Source: a virus. From it: DNA of 64,000 nucleotides. A program made the translations under genes and the position numbers. Below, one piece after another: positions 19,827-27,755 of the stretch. Under the pieces are notes generated by a model, which was not told the origin of the DNA, ran no database searches, and worked only from the letters and a program-made list of their open reading frames with translations. Numbering within the stretch: position 1 is the stretch's first letter; every line of letters begins with the position of its first letter. The DNA lies in IMG/VR virus record IMGVR_UViG_3300028030_000008, positions 21,700 through 85,699 of that record; one strand, 5' to 3'.

Positions 19827-20283
19827 GATTACAGAACACGCGAAAAATCTCATGATACTCGCAGACGCTTTTGACGCTTTACAACAGTGGCTTAAAGATG
19901 AACTTGGCAGCGACGTTGAGTACATTCCAGACAGCGCTATCCAAGAAGCTATTGATGACTTCTGGGCCGAAGAAGGTGAAATTGATTTTGAGCAAGTGTC
20001 AGACGAAATTGTGTCTGCAACAAAGGATCACATCGCTGATACATTTATGACAAAGGATGACGCTATAGCCGAGTTCAAGGAAACTATCCTGCCGTCAATT
20101 CTTCAAAAAGAAGCCGAATATTACGTTTCCAGCGACGGAAAATACAGCGTAGACAAGCCAATGCGCCGAGAAGCGTGGAATAACTTCGTGGACTCTCTGT
20201 GCAAAGAGGGGCGCATTACACAAAACGCCTGCGATGACGACGATTGGTCTACTCCCGACGAATTGGAGAATGGATATGTTTAA
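19819..20283 (+). CDS. Acidic early protein
   Basis: GAGG RBS; D/E-rich. Confidence 0.6.
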   Translation: MDEITEHAKNLMILADAFDALQQWLKDELGSDVEYIPDSAIQEAIDDFWAEEGEIDFEQVSDEIVSATKDHIADTFMTKDDAIAEFKETILPSILQKEAEYYVSSDGKYSVDKPMRREAWNNFVDSLCKEGRITQNACDDDDWSTPDELENGYV

Positions 20284-20608
20284 TATGGAACTTACCCCAG
20301 AAGACGCAGAGGTGATTATCGCTGATGTTGATATTGACTCTCGGCTGACCGCTTTCGCCAAAAGCACGTTTAAGTGGAAGTATCACACGATTAGCAGCCA
20401 AGTGCTTTCTCGTATCGGCGCACTCAAAAAAGTCAGTGATGTCAAGGTTATCGCAAGAAAACTTCACTGTAAAATCCACCCCGACGAAATGGAAATTCTA
20501 CTCAAGCGACTCGTCTGGTTTGAGGAAACAAACGAGAGATTAGGCGAAAACGCCGGATTATTACTTGGTGACATTGTGTACGCCAAGTATGGCGTAGAGT
20601 TAATCTAG
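20276..20608 (+). CDS. Early hypothetical protein
   Basis: GGAG RBS. Confidence 0.55.
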   Translation: MFNMELTPEDAEVIIADVDIDSRLTAFAKSTFKWKYHTISSQVLSRIGALKKVSDVKVIARKLHCKIHPDEMEILLKRLVWFEETNERLGENAGLLLGDIVYAKYGVELI

Positions 20609-20618
20609 GAAGGCAACC

Positions 20619-21047
20619 ATGAGCCAAAGATTTACAAGTGTAAAAACCTTAACCAAAGCTCTCGGTATCTCCAAAAGGCAAGCAAAGGAAATCCGAGAAA
20701 CAATAAAAAATCCAACAAGCGTTTCTGCTATACGCAAGGCGCCAAAAGGCGACTGGGCGGTTGCCGTTTCACCAGAGCGTCTAGTAGAAATGCAGATGGA
20801 TCAAATAAACGAAATCCTCGGCTTACACGGAGTTGAAACAGTATACCTCGACAATCAAAAGTATCTCGGCAATAGCGGCTACTTTCGCCGCTACTATTGG
20901 GGCAGTTGTGTTTTGCTCTATATCAACACAGGGGAAACATACCAGCCAAGCATCGGTTACGAAGTGAGAACGGGGAAGTTTATTCTTCTTCCGGGCGGGT
21001 GGGGTTCGTGGCACGAAAACAATGTTGAGATTAACCCTGAGACTTAA
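20619..21047 (+). CDS. Conserved phage early protein
   Basis: NEILGLHGVE..YINTGETY motif. Confidence 0.6.
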   Translation: MSQRFTSVKTLTKALGISKRQAKEIRETIKNPTSVSAIRKAPKGDWAVAVSPERLVEMQMDQINEILGLHGVETVYLDNQKYLGNSGYFRRYYWGSCVLLYINTGETYQPSIGYEVRTGKFILLPGGWGSWHENNVEINPET

Positions 21048-21151
21048 CTCCTTCGGGCTCGGGTTATGAAGTTGCCGCATCGGTGTAAAACCAACGGGTG
21101 GAAGTCCCGTCGGTAATTGGTAGTTAAACAAATTAAAAGGGAGACAAGAAG

Positions 21152-21856
21152 ATGAAACTTACTATTCAGCAAGACTTGTACGCAGAAGACCCGCTTACCG
21201 AATGGGACAACCCCTTTCGTTTTATCAGCAACCACAAAGACTACTATACAAGTAGGCGTAACGTTACAAACGCGCACGGCGACTCCGTGTACGATAAAGA
21301 CGGTGAACCGATCGGTATTGACGATTTAGACGCAATGGGTAAATTCTTTGAAGTTGAAAGATATGTTGTTGTCCCCGTAAGAGCGTATATGCACGGAGGA
21401 ATTTCGCTTTCTACCGGGTACGGTTATCCGTATAACGATGTGTGGGACTCTGGAACTTTCGGCTGGTTGTATGCTTCACCAGAAGATATTCGTAACAACT
21501 TCAACGCAAAACGCGCTTCTAAGAAAATGAGAGAGACGTTTACCCAAATGATGAAGTCGTTTGTCGAAACATGGGACGACTACTTCACCGGGAATGTCTT
21601 TTGGTTTTCCATCGAAGACGACAATGGGGAAATCAAAGACTCTTGTGGCGGTTTTTACGGCGACGTTGAAAAGTCCGGTATAGAACATCACGTTTCAGAA
21701 GAAGCATACGAAGCCTTGCTATGCAATGACCGTAAAGATATAGGAGGTAGCGAAGGATGGGGATTTTACATTGAGTATCAGTCCCCAGAGGAAAGAAACG
21801 AAGCAGATGCGCTACTCGAAGCAATAATCGGAACGACTTCCGCAATAGTTATCTAG
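21152..21856 (+). CDS. Conserved phage early protein (acidic)
   Basis: YMHGGISLS..WDSGTFGW..DSCGGFYG motifs. Confidence 0.65.
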   Translation: MKLTIQQDLYAEDPLTEWDNPFRFISNHKDYYTSRRNVTNAHGDSVYDKDGEPIGIDDLDAMGKFFEVERYVVVPVRAYMHGGISLSTGYGYPYNDVWDSGTFGWLYASPEDIRNNFNAKRASKKMRETFTQMMKSFVETWDDYFTGNVFWFSIEDDNGEIKDSCGGFYGDVEKSGIEHHVSEEAYEALLCNDRKDIGGSEGWGFYIEYQSPEERNEADALLEAIIGTTSAIVI

Positions 21857-22197
21857 CAAACAATTATGCGTCGGTATAGCGGGATAATAATATACCTGCC
21901 TGTCCTAGAGACAGCGGCCTATCAAGTATTATATCAAGTGCGGTGGAGGGTAATCACCCGAAGAAGCTACACAAGACGAATATACGGATACCATCTCGGC
22001 GAGAAACCGGGGCGTATAACAAGTCGCGAATAACAAGAGGAAATGCACATGCTGCTTATCTCGAATCTTTTACATAGCATATACTTTTACTGCGTTATGG
22101 TGCCGAAGGCGGTTGTATTCGCCATACGCAACCCACCGAAAAAAGTACAGCCATATACCAAACTTCCCCAATCTAGGGAACTTTCAAAGGAGAACAC

Positions 22198-22521
22198 ATG
22201 AGTAAAAAGAAATTTGTCGTGACCGTCCCATTAACACGTGAGCAATGGTTTACGCTGATTAACGTTGCAGACAAACGCGGTTTATCCGTTTTTGAGCTTA
22301 TCGAGGACTTTGCGGACAGCCTAAACGCGAAAGAAGAAGACAAAGACATATACGTTGTAAACGCCATCAGGTCAATAACCCTCGCGGAAACATACGAGGT
22401 TCTCGCCAGCAATGAAGGAGAGGCCATTGAACTCGTAGAGGACGGCGACCCAAGTGTTATAGAAATTCGTTCCAGCTCAAAAGATGGCAGTCTCTATATT
22501 CTTGACGCCAAAGCTAAATAA
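22198..22521 (+). CDS. Hypothetical protein
   Basis: AAAGGAG RBS. Confidence 0.6.
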   Translation: MSKKKFVVTVPLTREQWFTLINVADKRGLSVFELIEDFADSLNAKEEDKDIYVVNAIRSITLAETYEVLASNEGEAIELVEDGDPSVIEIRSSSKDGSLYILDAKAK

Positions 22522-22625
22522 GTAACATAAAACACCGCTAGTTTGCCCTCAAAACAACACATTAGCCCGCTGCACTGTATGCAGTAGAATTTGTGCGTAA
22601 TAGTCCATCATGGTATACTTAGCAC

Positions 22626-23171
22626 ATGAATACAGTGATTGGAAAGTGTAAAGAGTGCTTCAAAAACACAGCGCTGAACCAAGATGGACTTTGCAAAAAA
22701 TGCCAACTCGAAACGGTAGACTCTTTCGAGATGGCAGAAATAAGAGCGAAACTTCTGCGCTTCTATTACAGCGAGTTTGGCGCAAAAAGCGTTATTGCTA
22801 ATTGGCAAAAACTCGCCGACAATCTCTCCCGTTTAGTAAAGAGAGATAAAGCATGGACAGCGAGGTACATTAGGAGTATAGCAAACGGGGACAAAGGCTT
22901 TCGTCGTATTCCAGCGCAATTAAAACAAGCGATAGAAGGCTACTCTCCAAAGATTGTATTCACCGATGGGTTTGCTGTTGAAAATACGGTAAGTAAATAC
23001 CAACTTCCGGTTGGCTCAATCATCCTCGGTAAACCACGCAAGTGTAAATGGAGAGACTGCAACGTATGGTTCGTCCCGAAGTGGGACAGTCAGCTATACC
23101 ACACAAAAAAATGCAAAAAGCTCGCTCGAAACGAGCGCAGAAAAAAGCAAAGAGTACAAAAGAGATTCTAA
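22626..23171 (+). CDS. HTH/zinc-finger protein (leaderless)
   Basis: TG-TATACT 6 nt before ATG; N-terminal CxxC pairs, C-terminal CKWRDC..YHTKKC. Confidence 0.6.
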   Translation: MNTVIGKCKECFKNTALNQDGLCKKCQLETVDSFEMAEIRAKLLRFYYSEFGAKSVIANWQKLADNLSRLVKRDKAWTARYIRSIANGDKGFRRIPAQLKQAIEGYSPKIVFTDGFAVENTVSKYQLPVGSIILGKPRKCKWRDCNVWFVPKWDSQLYHTKKCKKLARNERRKKQRVQKRF

Positions 23172-23227
23172 CTTTTGTGCTTCATAATTTGTTATGAGGT
23201 ATATTTACGGTCAATGAATTGTTAGCT
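23166..23227 (+). mobile_element. Degenerate attC-like site
   Basis: TTCTAAC at stop codon ... CGGTCAA-TGAATT-GTTAGCT; left L box not recognisable. Confidence 0.45.
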
Positions 23228-23254
23228 GGCTACGCGCTAGAGAGGAGTGGAATA

Positions 23255-23470
23255 ATGAGCGTTACAATTTTGGAAGTTTTACAAAATGCAGACCATAACA
23301 TCAACGCTACGCATCCTGTACAAATTGAAATGGGAAAAGAGCAACTAAAAAATGCTATTGTCCTGCTGGAAAAAGGATATGATATTGATGCGATTTTTGA
23401 TTACATTGTAGAATCATACGGTAGTGTTGAAGATGCACCAGAAGCAGTAGTCACAGAACGCGCCAGCTAA
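23255..23470 (+). CDS. Gene cassette 1 ORF, hypothetical
   Basis: Bounded by GTTAGCTGGC (23221) and its reverse complement GCCAGCTAAC (23462-23471). Confidence 0.7.
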   Translation: MSVTILEVLQNADHNINATHPVQIEMGKEQLKNAIVLLEKGYDIDAIFDYIVESYGSVEDAPEAVVTERAS

Positions 23471-23589
23471 CAACCCGTTGTACGCGAAAAGCTATCAAGC
23501 CATACCTCATAGCTAATTCGCCTACAACCCAACTGCGATAGCGGCGCAATACGGCCAACCCGCGATCGCGTAAACTCTGGCCGTTATAT
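23465..23589 (+). mobile_element. attC recombination site
   Basis: AGCTAAC ... TT(G)TACGCGA / TCGCGTAAA ... GTTATAT; single extra base in left L box. Confidence 0.8.
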
Positions 23590-23620
23590 TACTCAACTAA
23601 TAAGCAAAAGGAGATTAAAA

Positions 23621-23881
23621 ATGTCAGTAGCAAGCGATTTAATTGAACGAATGGAAGCAGAAACAGGTCAGCGTATTGATGCCAATGATGGTAATAATTT
23701 GGCTATGGCTGGCCTGCTCGGAGCAATGTCTCGGCTAATGGGGAAGTCGCCGTCAAGTTACACTGAACGTGATGATGTTGCAGTCGGAGTGCTTATCAGG
23801 CATCAAATGTCCCCGGAATGGCAGCGAGAGAAAAAAGGTAAACAAATGTTGGCGTCTTTGGGCAAGTGGAATGTCGCCTGA
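23621..23881 (+). CDS. Gene cassette 2 ORF, hypothetical
   Basis: Bounded by GTTATATTAC (23583) and GTAATATAAC (23909-23918). Confidence 0.7.
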   Translation: MSVASDLIERMEAETGQRIDANDGNNLAMAGLLGAMSRLMGKSPSSYTERDDVAVGVLIRHQMSPEWQREKKGKQMLASLGKWNVA

Positions 23882-23911
23882 CGTTTTGAAAGCTATTGCC
23901 GGATAGTCGTA

Positions 23912-24037
23912 ATATAACCAGGGTATGCAGGCGAATTGCTAGACCTGCTGCCCTCGAAGCAAGTGCGTTTTACAAACTTATCAAACAAGAGGCATCAGAC
24001 GATTTACCCGCAATCGCCTGATCACCCTCTGTTATAC
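23912..24037 (+). mobile_element. attC recombination site
   Basis: ATATAAC-CAGGGT-AT(G)CAGGCGA ... TCGCCTGAT-CACCCT-CT-GTTATAC. Confidence 0.8.
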
Positions 24038-24064
24038 CGCTACGGCGGGAAAGGAAATGAAGCA

Positions 24065-24472
24065 ATGTCAGCAGGTATGAATATTGGCGATAGAGAAGAT
24101 TATTGGCAATCTTATCGCTTCCCTACTACCCTTGATAAAGATGCCCCGCTGCATACATCTCCGCATTACACCGACAAACGTTTCAATAAAGAACAAGCAG
24201 TTTTTGGGAAACATCCAAAATCGCGGTATGGACACGACAATCTGAAATATGATTATTCTGATCGTCTTTGGCAATGGGATTATGACAAAGCTGAAAAATC
24301 CGTTGAAGTTGCAAACGCCAGCGGCGCGACATTAAGAAGTTGCAAACGGTACGAGGCCTATCTGTCTGCATACTTTAATAAGCCAATCGAGATTAAACAC
24401 ATTATTGCAGGTGTCAATCGTGGTAATGGTTATCCGTATTGTGTATTTGGCTACAAAAGCGCAGACAGTTAA
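24065..24472 (+). CDS. Gene cassette 3 ORF (own attC missing)
   Basis: Starts after GTTATAC core; no matching inverse core downstream. Confidence 0.6.
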   Translation: MSAGMNIGDREDYWQSYRFPTTLDKDAPLHTSPHYTDKRFNKEQAVFGKHPKSRYGHDNLKYDYSDRLWQWDYDKAEKSVEVANASGATLRSCKRYEAYLSAYFNKPIEIKHIIAGVNRGNGYPYCVFGYKSADS

Positions 24473-24495
24473 TAGCTTCAACCTTAAAATTTCAG

Positions 24496-24536
24496 CTATC
24501 CACAGGTTATCCACAGAAAGAGGTGAGTTATCCACA
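24496..24536 (+). promoter_or_regulatory. Three DnaA boxes
   Basis: CTATCCACA 24496, TTATCCACA 24507 and 24528. Confidence 0.7.
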
Positions 24537-24544
24537 GGCAAAAG

Positions 24545-24572
24545 TTGCAAAATAGCACACAATTCCTATAAT
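24545..24572 (+). promoter_or_regulatory. Promoter of tRNA cluster
   Basis: TTGCAA-16bp-TATAAT. Confidence 0.65.
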
Positions 24573-24585
24573 ATCAAGTAATCAT

Positions 24586-24657
24586 TGCGGAATAGCTTAA
24601 CGGTAGAGCGCCAGAATCATAATCTGGATGTTGCAGGTTCAAATCCCGCTTCCGCAA
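24586..24657 (+). tRNA. tRNA with CAT anticodon (Met or Ile2)
   Basis: Cloverleaf: TGCGGAA/TTCCGCA, CCAGA-atCATaa-TCTGG, GCAGG-TTCAAAT-CCCGC. Confidence 0.9.
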
Positions 24658-24737
24658 CATGACCTTAGAGATAACCGAGTTCAATAAGGTCATTCTAATC
24701 TAAGTTGAACGGACGGTGACAGCCGGAGAGACGACGT

Positions 24738-24858
24738 GCAGGCGTAGCAGAATGGGTATATGCCATGTCGAAAGACGAGGGGATGTCACGGACGGGTGTT
24801 CGGATGGGTTCGAGTCCCAGCTTCTCCTAGTGTAAGGTTAGATTCCTTGCCGCCTGTA
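24738..24858 (+). ncRNA. tRNA-like RNA with nested second T-arm in place of anticodon arm
   Basis: GCAGGCG/CGCCTGT acceptor, D arm, GTAAGG-TTAGATT-CCTTGC; inner TGGG-TTCGAGT-CCCA. Confidence 0.65.
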
Positions 24859-24874
24859 TTTAAATAAACCGAAG

Positions 24875-25026
24875 ATGGCAGCGGCGTGTGGGAAACGCTA
24901 TGACTGGGAGTAGCAAATGGTTGGTGTCACTACCCTGAAACGGACCAACGTGAAACGCGAGACTGGTAAAACAGTGCCGTACAATGGATTGACCAACCAA
25001 AGCCGGTTCAAATCCGGCCTGCCATT
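24875..25026 (+). ncRNA. tRNA-like RNA with about 100-nt insert replacing anticodon arm
   Basis: ATGGCAG/CTGCCAT, GCGT/ACGC D stem, GCCGG-TTCAAAT-CCGGC; insert has TGGTTGGT/ACCAACCA stem. Confidence 0.65.
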
Positions 25027-25045
25027 CAAAAAAGCAACTGAAAAT

Positions 25046-25074
25046 TTGCAACAACAAATGTAACATGCTATAAT
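25046..25074 (+). promoter_or_regulatory. Sigma70-type promoter
   Basis: TTGCAA-17bp-TATAAT with TG. Confidence 0.75.
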
Positions 25075-25086
25075 TTCTTTAAGCCG

Positions 25087-25267
25087 TTGGCCCCGGCTAA
25101 AGAGACAAAGCGAACAATAGACTTCTGTTTTTCTATAGGTGTTGGTTGTTTGTTGGTTTTAGCTGAAAAGCAAAAAGCCTTTGTCTCGCAACCAACAATG
25201 GGCCTAACCAACATCTATAGAAGCGCAGAAGTTTTTTTATTGCCAAAAGAAAGTCCGGGGAGGCAAA
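25087..25267 (+). ncRNA. C4/CI-like antisense leader
   Basis: Long hairpin 25121-25232 whose loop CTTTGTCTC complements upstream GAGACAAAG. Confidence 0.55.
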
Positions 25268-25474
25268 ATGCAAACAGTGCAGCTAAAATCAATCACAGTA
25301 ATTGCAAACAAGCAAACCGTAGAAATTCCTCGTCATGAATTAAAGGTTGTTGATGGTGGATTTGAGTATGCCGACTTATTTATACCAATCCCAGAACCAG
25401 TAATGACAACTAATAAATACCCCGGATTCGTAATGTCTCTCAAGGAAGCTCTACAATGCAAAAAGAGTTACTAA
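25268..25474 (+). CDS. Small protein behind antisense-type leader
   Basis: GGGAGG RBS. Confidence 0.55.
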   Translation: MQTVQLKSITVIANKQTVEIPRHELKVVDGGFEYADLFIPIPEPVMTTNKYPGFVMSLKEALQCKKSY

Positions 25475-25680
25475 TAGGATGACAATATATTACTAAGAAT
25501 TTAGACGAAAAACCGGATGGTTAGCGGTCGGTGAATCCAAGTCCTAAAATCGCTGTGTGGTTGAGAGTACCACTACGTAGGTAGAAAACAATACCGACAA
25601 AAACTGCCTACACACTGAGTATCTATAAATTCCTAAAATGTAAATTTGACAATCAAGTAATAAGGTGATAAAATATGGGT

Positions 25681-25908
25681 ATGAAGCCAAGTTCGCATAA
25701 TCCGACTTTTTCAAACGTCACGCCACAACAGGTACTTAAATTGCAAGAATTTGCACTAGAACTAACCGGAAAAAGAAGTGCGTCTGCGTTGCTCCGCTTA
25801 ATCGCAGATGACGGTTTTGTAACAAGTGCGCCCAATATCGGTATATCAATGGCGACACCGTTTGACGGTAAACAAAAAAGAGTGCTGGTCGTCGAGCGGC
25901 CAGAATAA
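25681..25908 (+). CDS. Small RHH-like protein, paralogue 1
   Basis: Own promoter TTGACA(25646)-17-TAAAAT, terminator about 25915-25938; SALLRLIA helix. Confidence 0.55.
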   Translation: MKPSSHNPTFSNVTPQQVLKLQEFALELTGKRSASALLRLIADDGFVTSAPNIGISMATPFDGKQKRVLVVERPE

Positions 25909-25993
25909 GGCACGGCAGTCCTAATAGGGCTGTTTTTTATTTAACCACCCTAGATTTGACAAATAGGAACATAAGGTATAGAATATGTCTCAA

Positions 25994-26212
25994 ATGAAAA
26001 CAACCATTTCCGGGCTAACAGAAACAGAAAAAGCAAAACTTGAACTCCTGTCATTACAGCTACTTGGCAGGGCAAACATGTCAGCACTGATACGCCACAT
26101 AGCCAGTAATGGCGTCGTAAAAGATAAAGAAAGCATGAGCATGTCAGAATCGCTAAACGGGACTTTTGACGTTGGACTTAAAAAAGTGCTAATCGTAAAA
26201 ACACAAGCCTAG
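25994..26212 (+). CDS. Small RHH-like protein, paralogue 2
   Basis: Own promoter TTGACA(25956)-17-TAGAAT; SALIRHIA helix; hairpin+T run after stop. Confidence 0.55.
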   Translation: MKTTISGLTETEKAKLELLSLQLLGRANMSALIRHIASNGVVKDKESMSMSESLNGTFDVGLKKVLIVKTQA

Positions 26213-26279
26213 CGCGGTGCGTCCGCCGACATACTGAGGCTTGTTTTTTATTCACAAAGCCCCTGTTATACCAACAATA

Positions 26280-26604
26280 AGCCCGGCCCAACCGTCTCAG
26301 GGGAGATGAGTGGTCACAAATACCTGCAAACCAAGATGCTAACCGTGAGGGAACGCCACCGGGAGAGGCCGGAAAATTCTTGGAAAGACGCGGAAATGCG
26401 AGAGTGTGGACAATTAGCTTGAGAGTGCCACGACATGCAGCGGATAAAGCGATGAAACTTGGAGATAGGCCCCAGGTGGAGCAGAGGGAGTTCTGGTAAC
26501 ATCAGGAATGATGTGCAATGTAAATCCGAGCCGGGGTTGTTAAACCAGAAGCCTGAAAAATAGTGGCGGATAGCCTGTGCAAATCGCACAGGGGAGCATG
26601 GGCT
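26280..26604 (+). ncRNA. Unidentified structured RNA, copy A
   Basis: AGCCC/GGGCT closure, many internal stems, blocks shared with 41368 copy. Confidence 0.6.
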
Positions 26605-26730
26605 CAGTGTGTCTATCGAGCAATGTGACATCAAAACATAAAAGAGTTCTTTCAGTGATGTGAAGAATGAACATCACAGGAAGGGTTGGCAAATGCAGTT
26701 TTTGCCAACCATACTGTAAGGAGAAATAAA

Positions 26731-27012
26731 ATGCTAACAATATCAGAAGTTTTAGATTACGAAAATGCAGCGTACCTCGCTTGTATTAGTAAACGATGGG
26801 GGGTTGTCTATTCGGAAATTCAAGAGAGCGACTACTGGTTGGGTGGTGATGTTGGAGGATTTACAAACGATAGTAACATTTTCTTTAGAACACCCCATCA
26901 AGCAGAAACGTACTATCAACGAAATTACCAACAAGTATTCGTGTTTGATAACGAGGGCGAAGCACAAGAGAAATGCAACGAACTTGAGGCTGCAATGCAA
27001 GAAAATGAATAA
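26731..27012 (+). CDS. Hypothetical protein
   Basis: AAGGAG RBS. Confidence 0.6.
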   Translation: MLTISEVLDYENAAYLACISKRWGVVYSEIQESDYWLGGDVGGFTNDSNIFFRTPHQAETYYQRNYQQVFVFDNEGEAQEKCNELEAAMQENE

Positions 27013-27541
27013 GAAACGAAAGTGGTACGTTGTATGGAAAGGGAGAAAACCGGGCATATACATAACATGGTTAGCTTGCAAAAAACAAATTCACAAATAC
27101 CCGGGAGCAAGGTACAAAAGTTTTCCAACGAAAGCCGCAGCAGAAAAAGCCTTTGGAAACAACTTTGATAAGTTTCCAAAACACCGCAAAACGACAGCAT
27201 TTTCTCCTGAAACTGTGACTAAGGAAAGTAAGTCTGAAAGGATCAAACAACCTTCTCAAGCACCGAAACCCACTTTCAGGAAAAAGAAATTCAAAACAGT
27301 TCAAGTTTCATGTCCGTTATGCTTAGGGACAGGAACAGAACGAGACGGGGAGTCGTTCTGGGATTGTCGTAAGTGTAACGGAAAAGGAACTATCGAAATT
27401 TGGGTTGGAGTGACAGACAAGATTGTTTCTCAAGCTGTAATGAAAAAACGCTTTGACTACAAAGAACGTTTGGGTAAACAATATTTAAGAAGACAAAAAG
27501 ATTTTACCAATCGGCTAAATTTAGCGAAAGGAGCAAGATGA
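27005..27541 (+). CDS. RNase H1 N-terminal (Cauli_VI) hybrid-binding domain + DnaJ-type zinc finger
   Basis: WYVVWKGRKPGIY.TW..C..QI..YPGARYKSF; CPLCLGTG..CRKCNGKG. Confidence 0.75.
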   Translation: MNKKRKWYVVWKGRKPGIYITWLACKKQIHKYPGARYKSFPTKAAAEKAFGNNFDKFPKHRKTTAFSPETVTKESKSERIKQPSQAPKPTFRKKKFKTVQVSCPLCLGTGTERDGESFWDCRKCNGKGTIEIWVGVTDKIVSQAVMKKRFDYKERLGKQYLRRQKDFTNRLNLAKGAR

Positions 27542-27753
27542 ACGCTATAAGTAATTTTGTTTGGTTTGATAATAGCTCTATAGGTGTTAATATGGGGTCT
27601 GTAAGTGACTTTGACGTTGATACGATAAAAGATGTTGACGGCAAGAAACGTAAATTGTTACGCTTTATAATACCCGGCAGAACCCCTAGTGTTTTGATTA
27701 TTAACAACAAAGACGACATTGACAACTTTCTACAAAACGTCGCAAGGGTGTAG
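27538..27753 (+). CDS. Small hypothetical protein
   Basis: AAGGAG RBS. Confidence 0.55.
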   Translation: MNAISNFVWFDNSSIGVNMGSVSDFDVDTIKDVDGKKRKLLRFIIPGRTPSVLIINNKDDIDNFLQNVARV

Positions 27754-27755
27754 AA

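Noticed and set aside
24714-24736. GTGACAGCCGGAGAGACG motif between tRNAs
   Set aside because: Resembles a short motif I recall from phage tRNA spacers, but stem is imperfect and I cannot assign it
26280-26604. RNase P RNA or tmRNA
   Set aside because: Only a short GAGAGTGCCAC resemblance; no GAGGAAAGUCC/P4, no tmRNA termini
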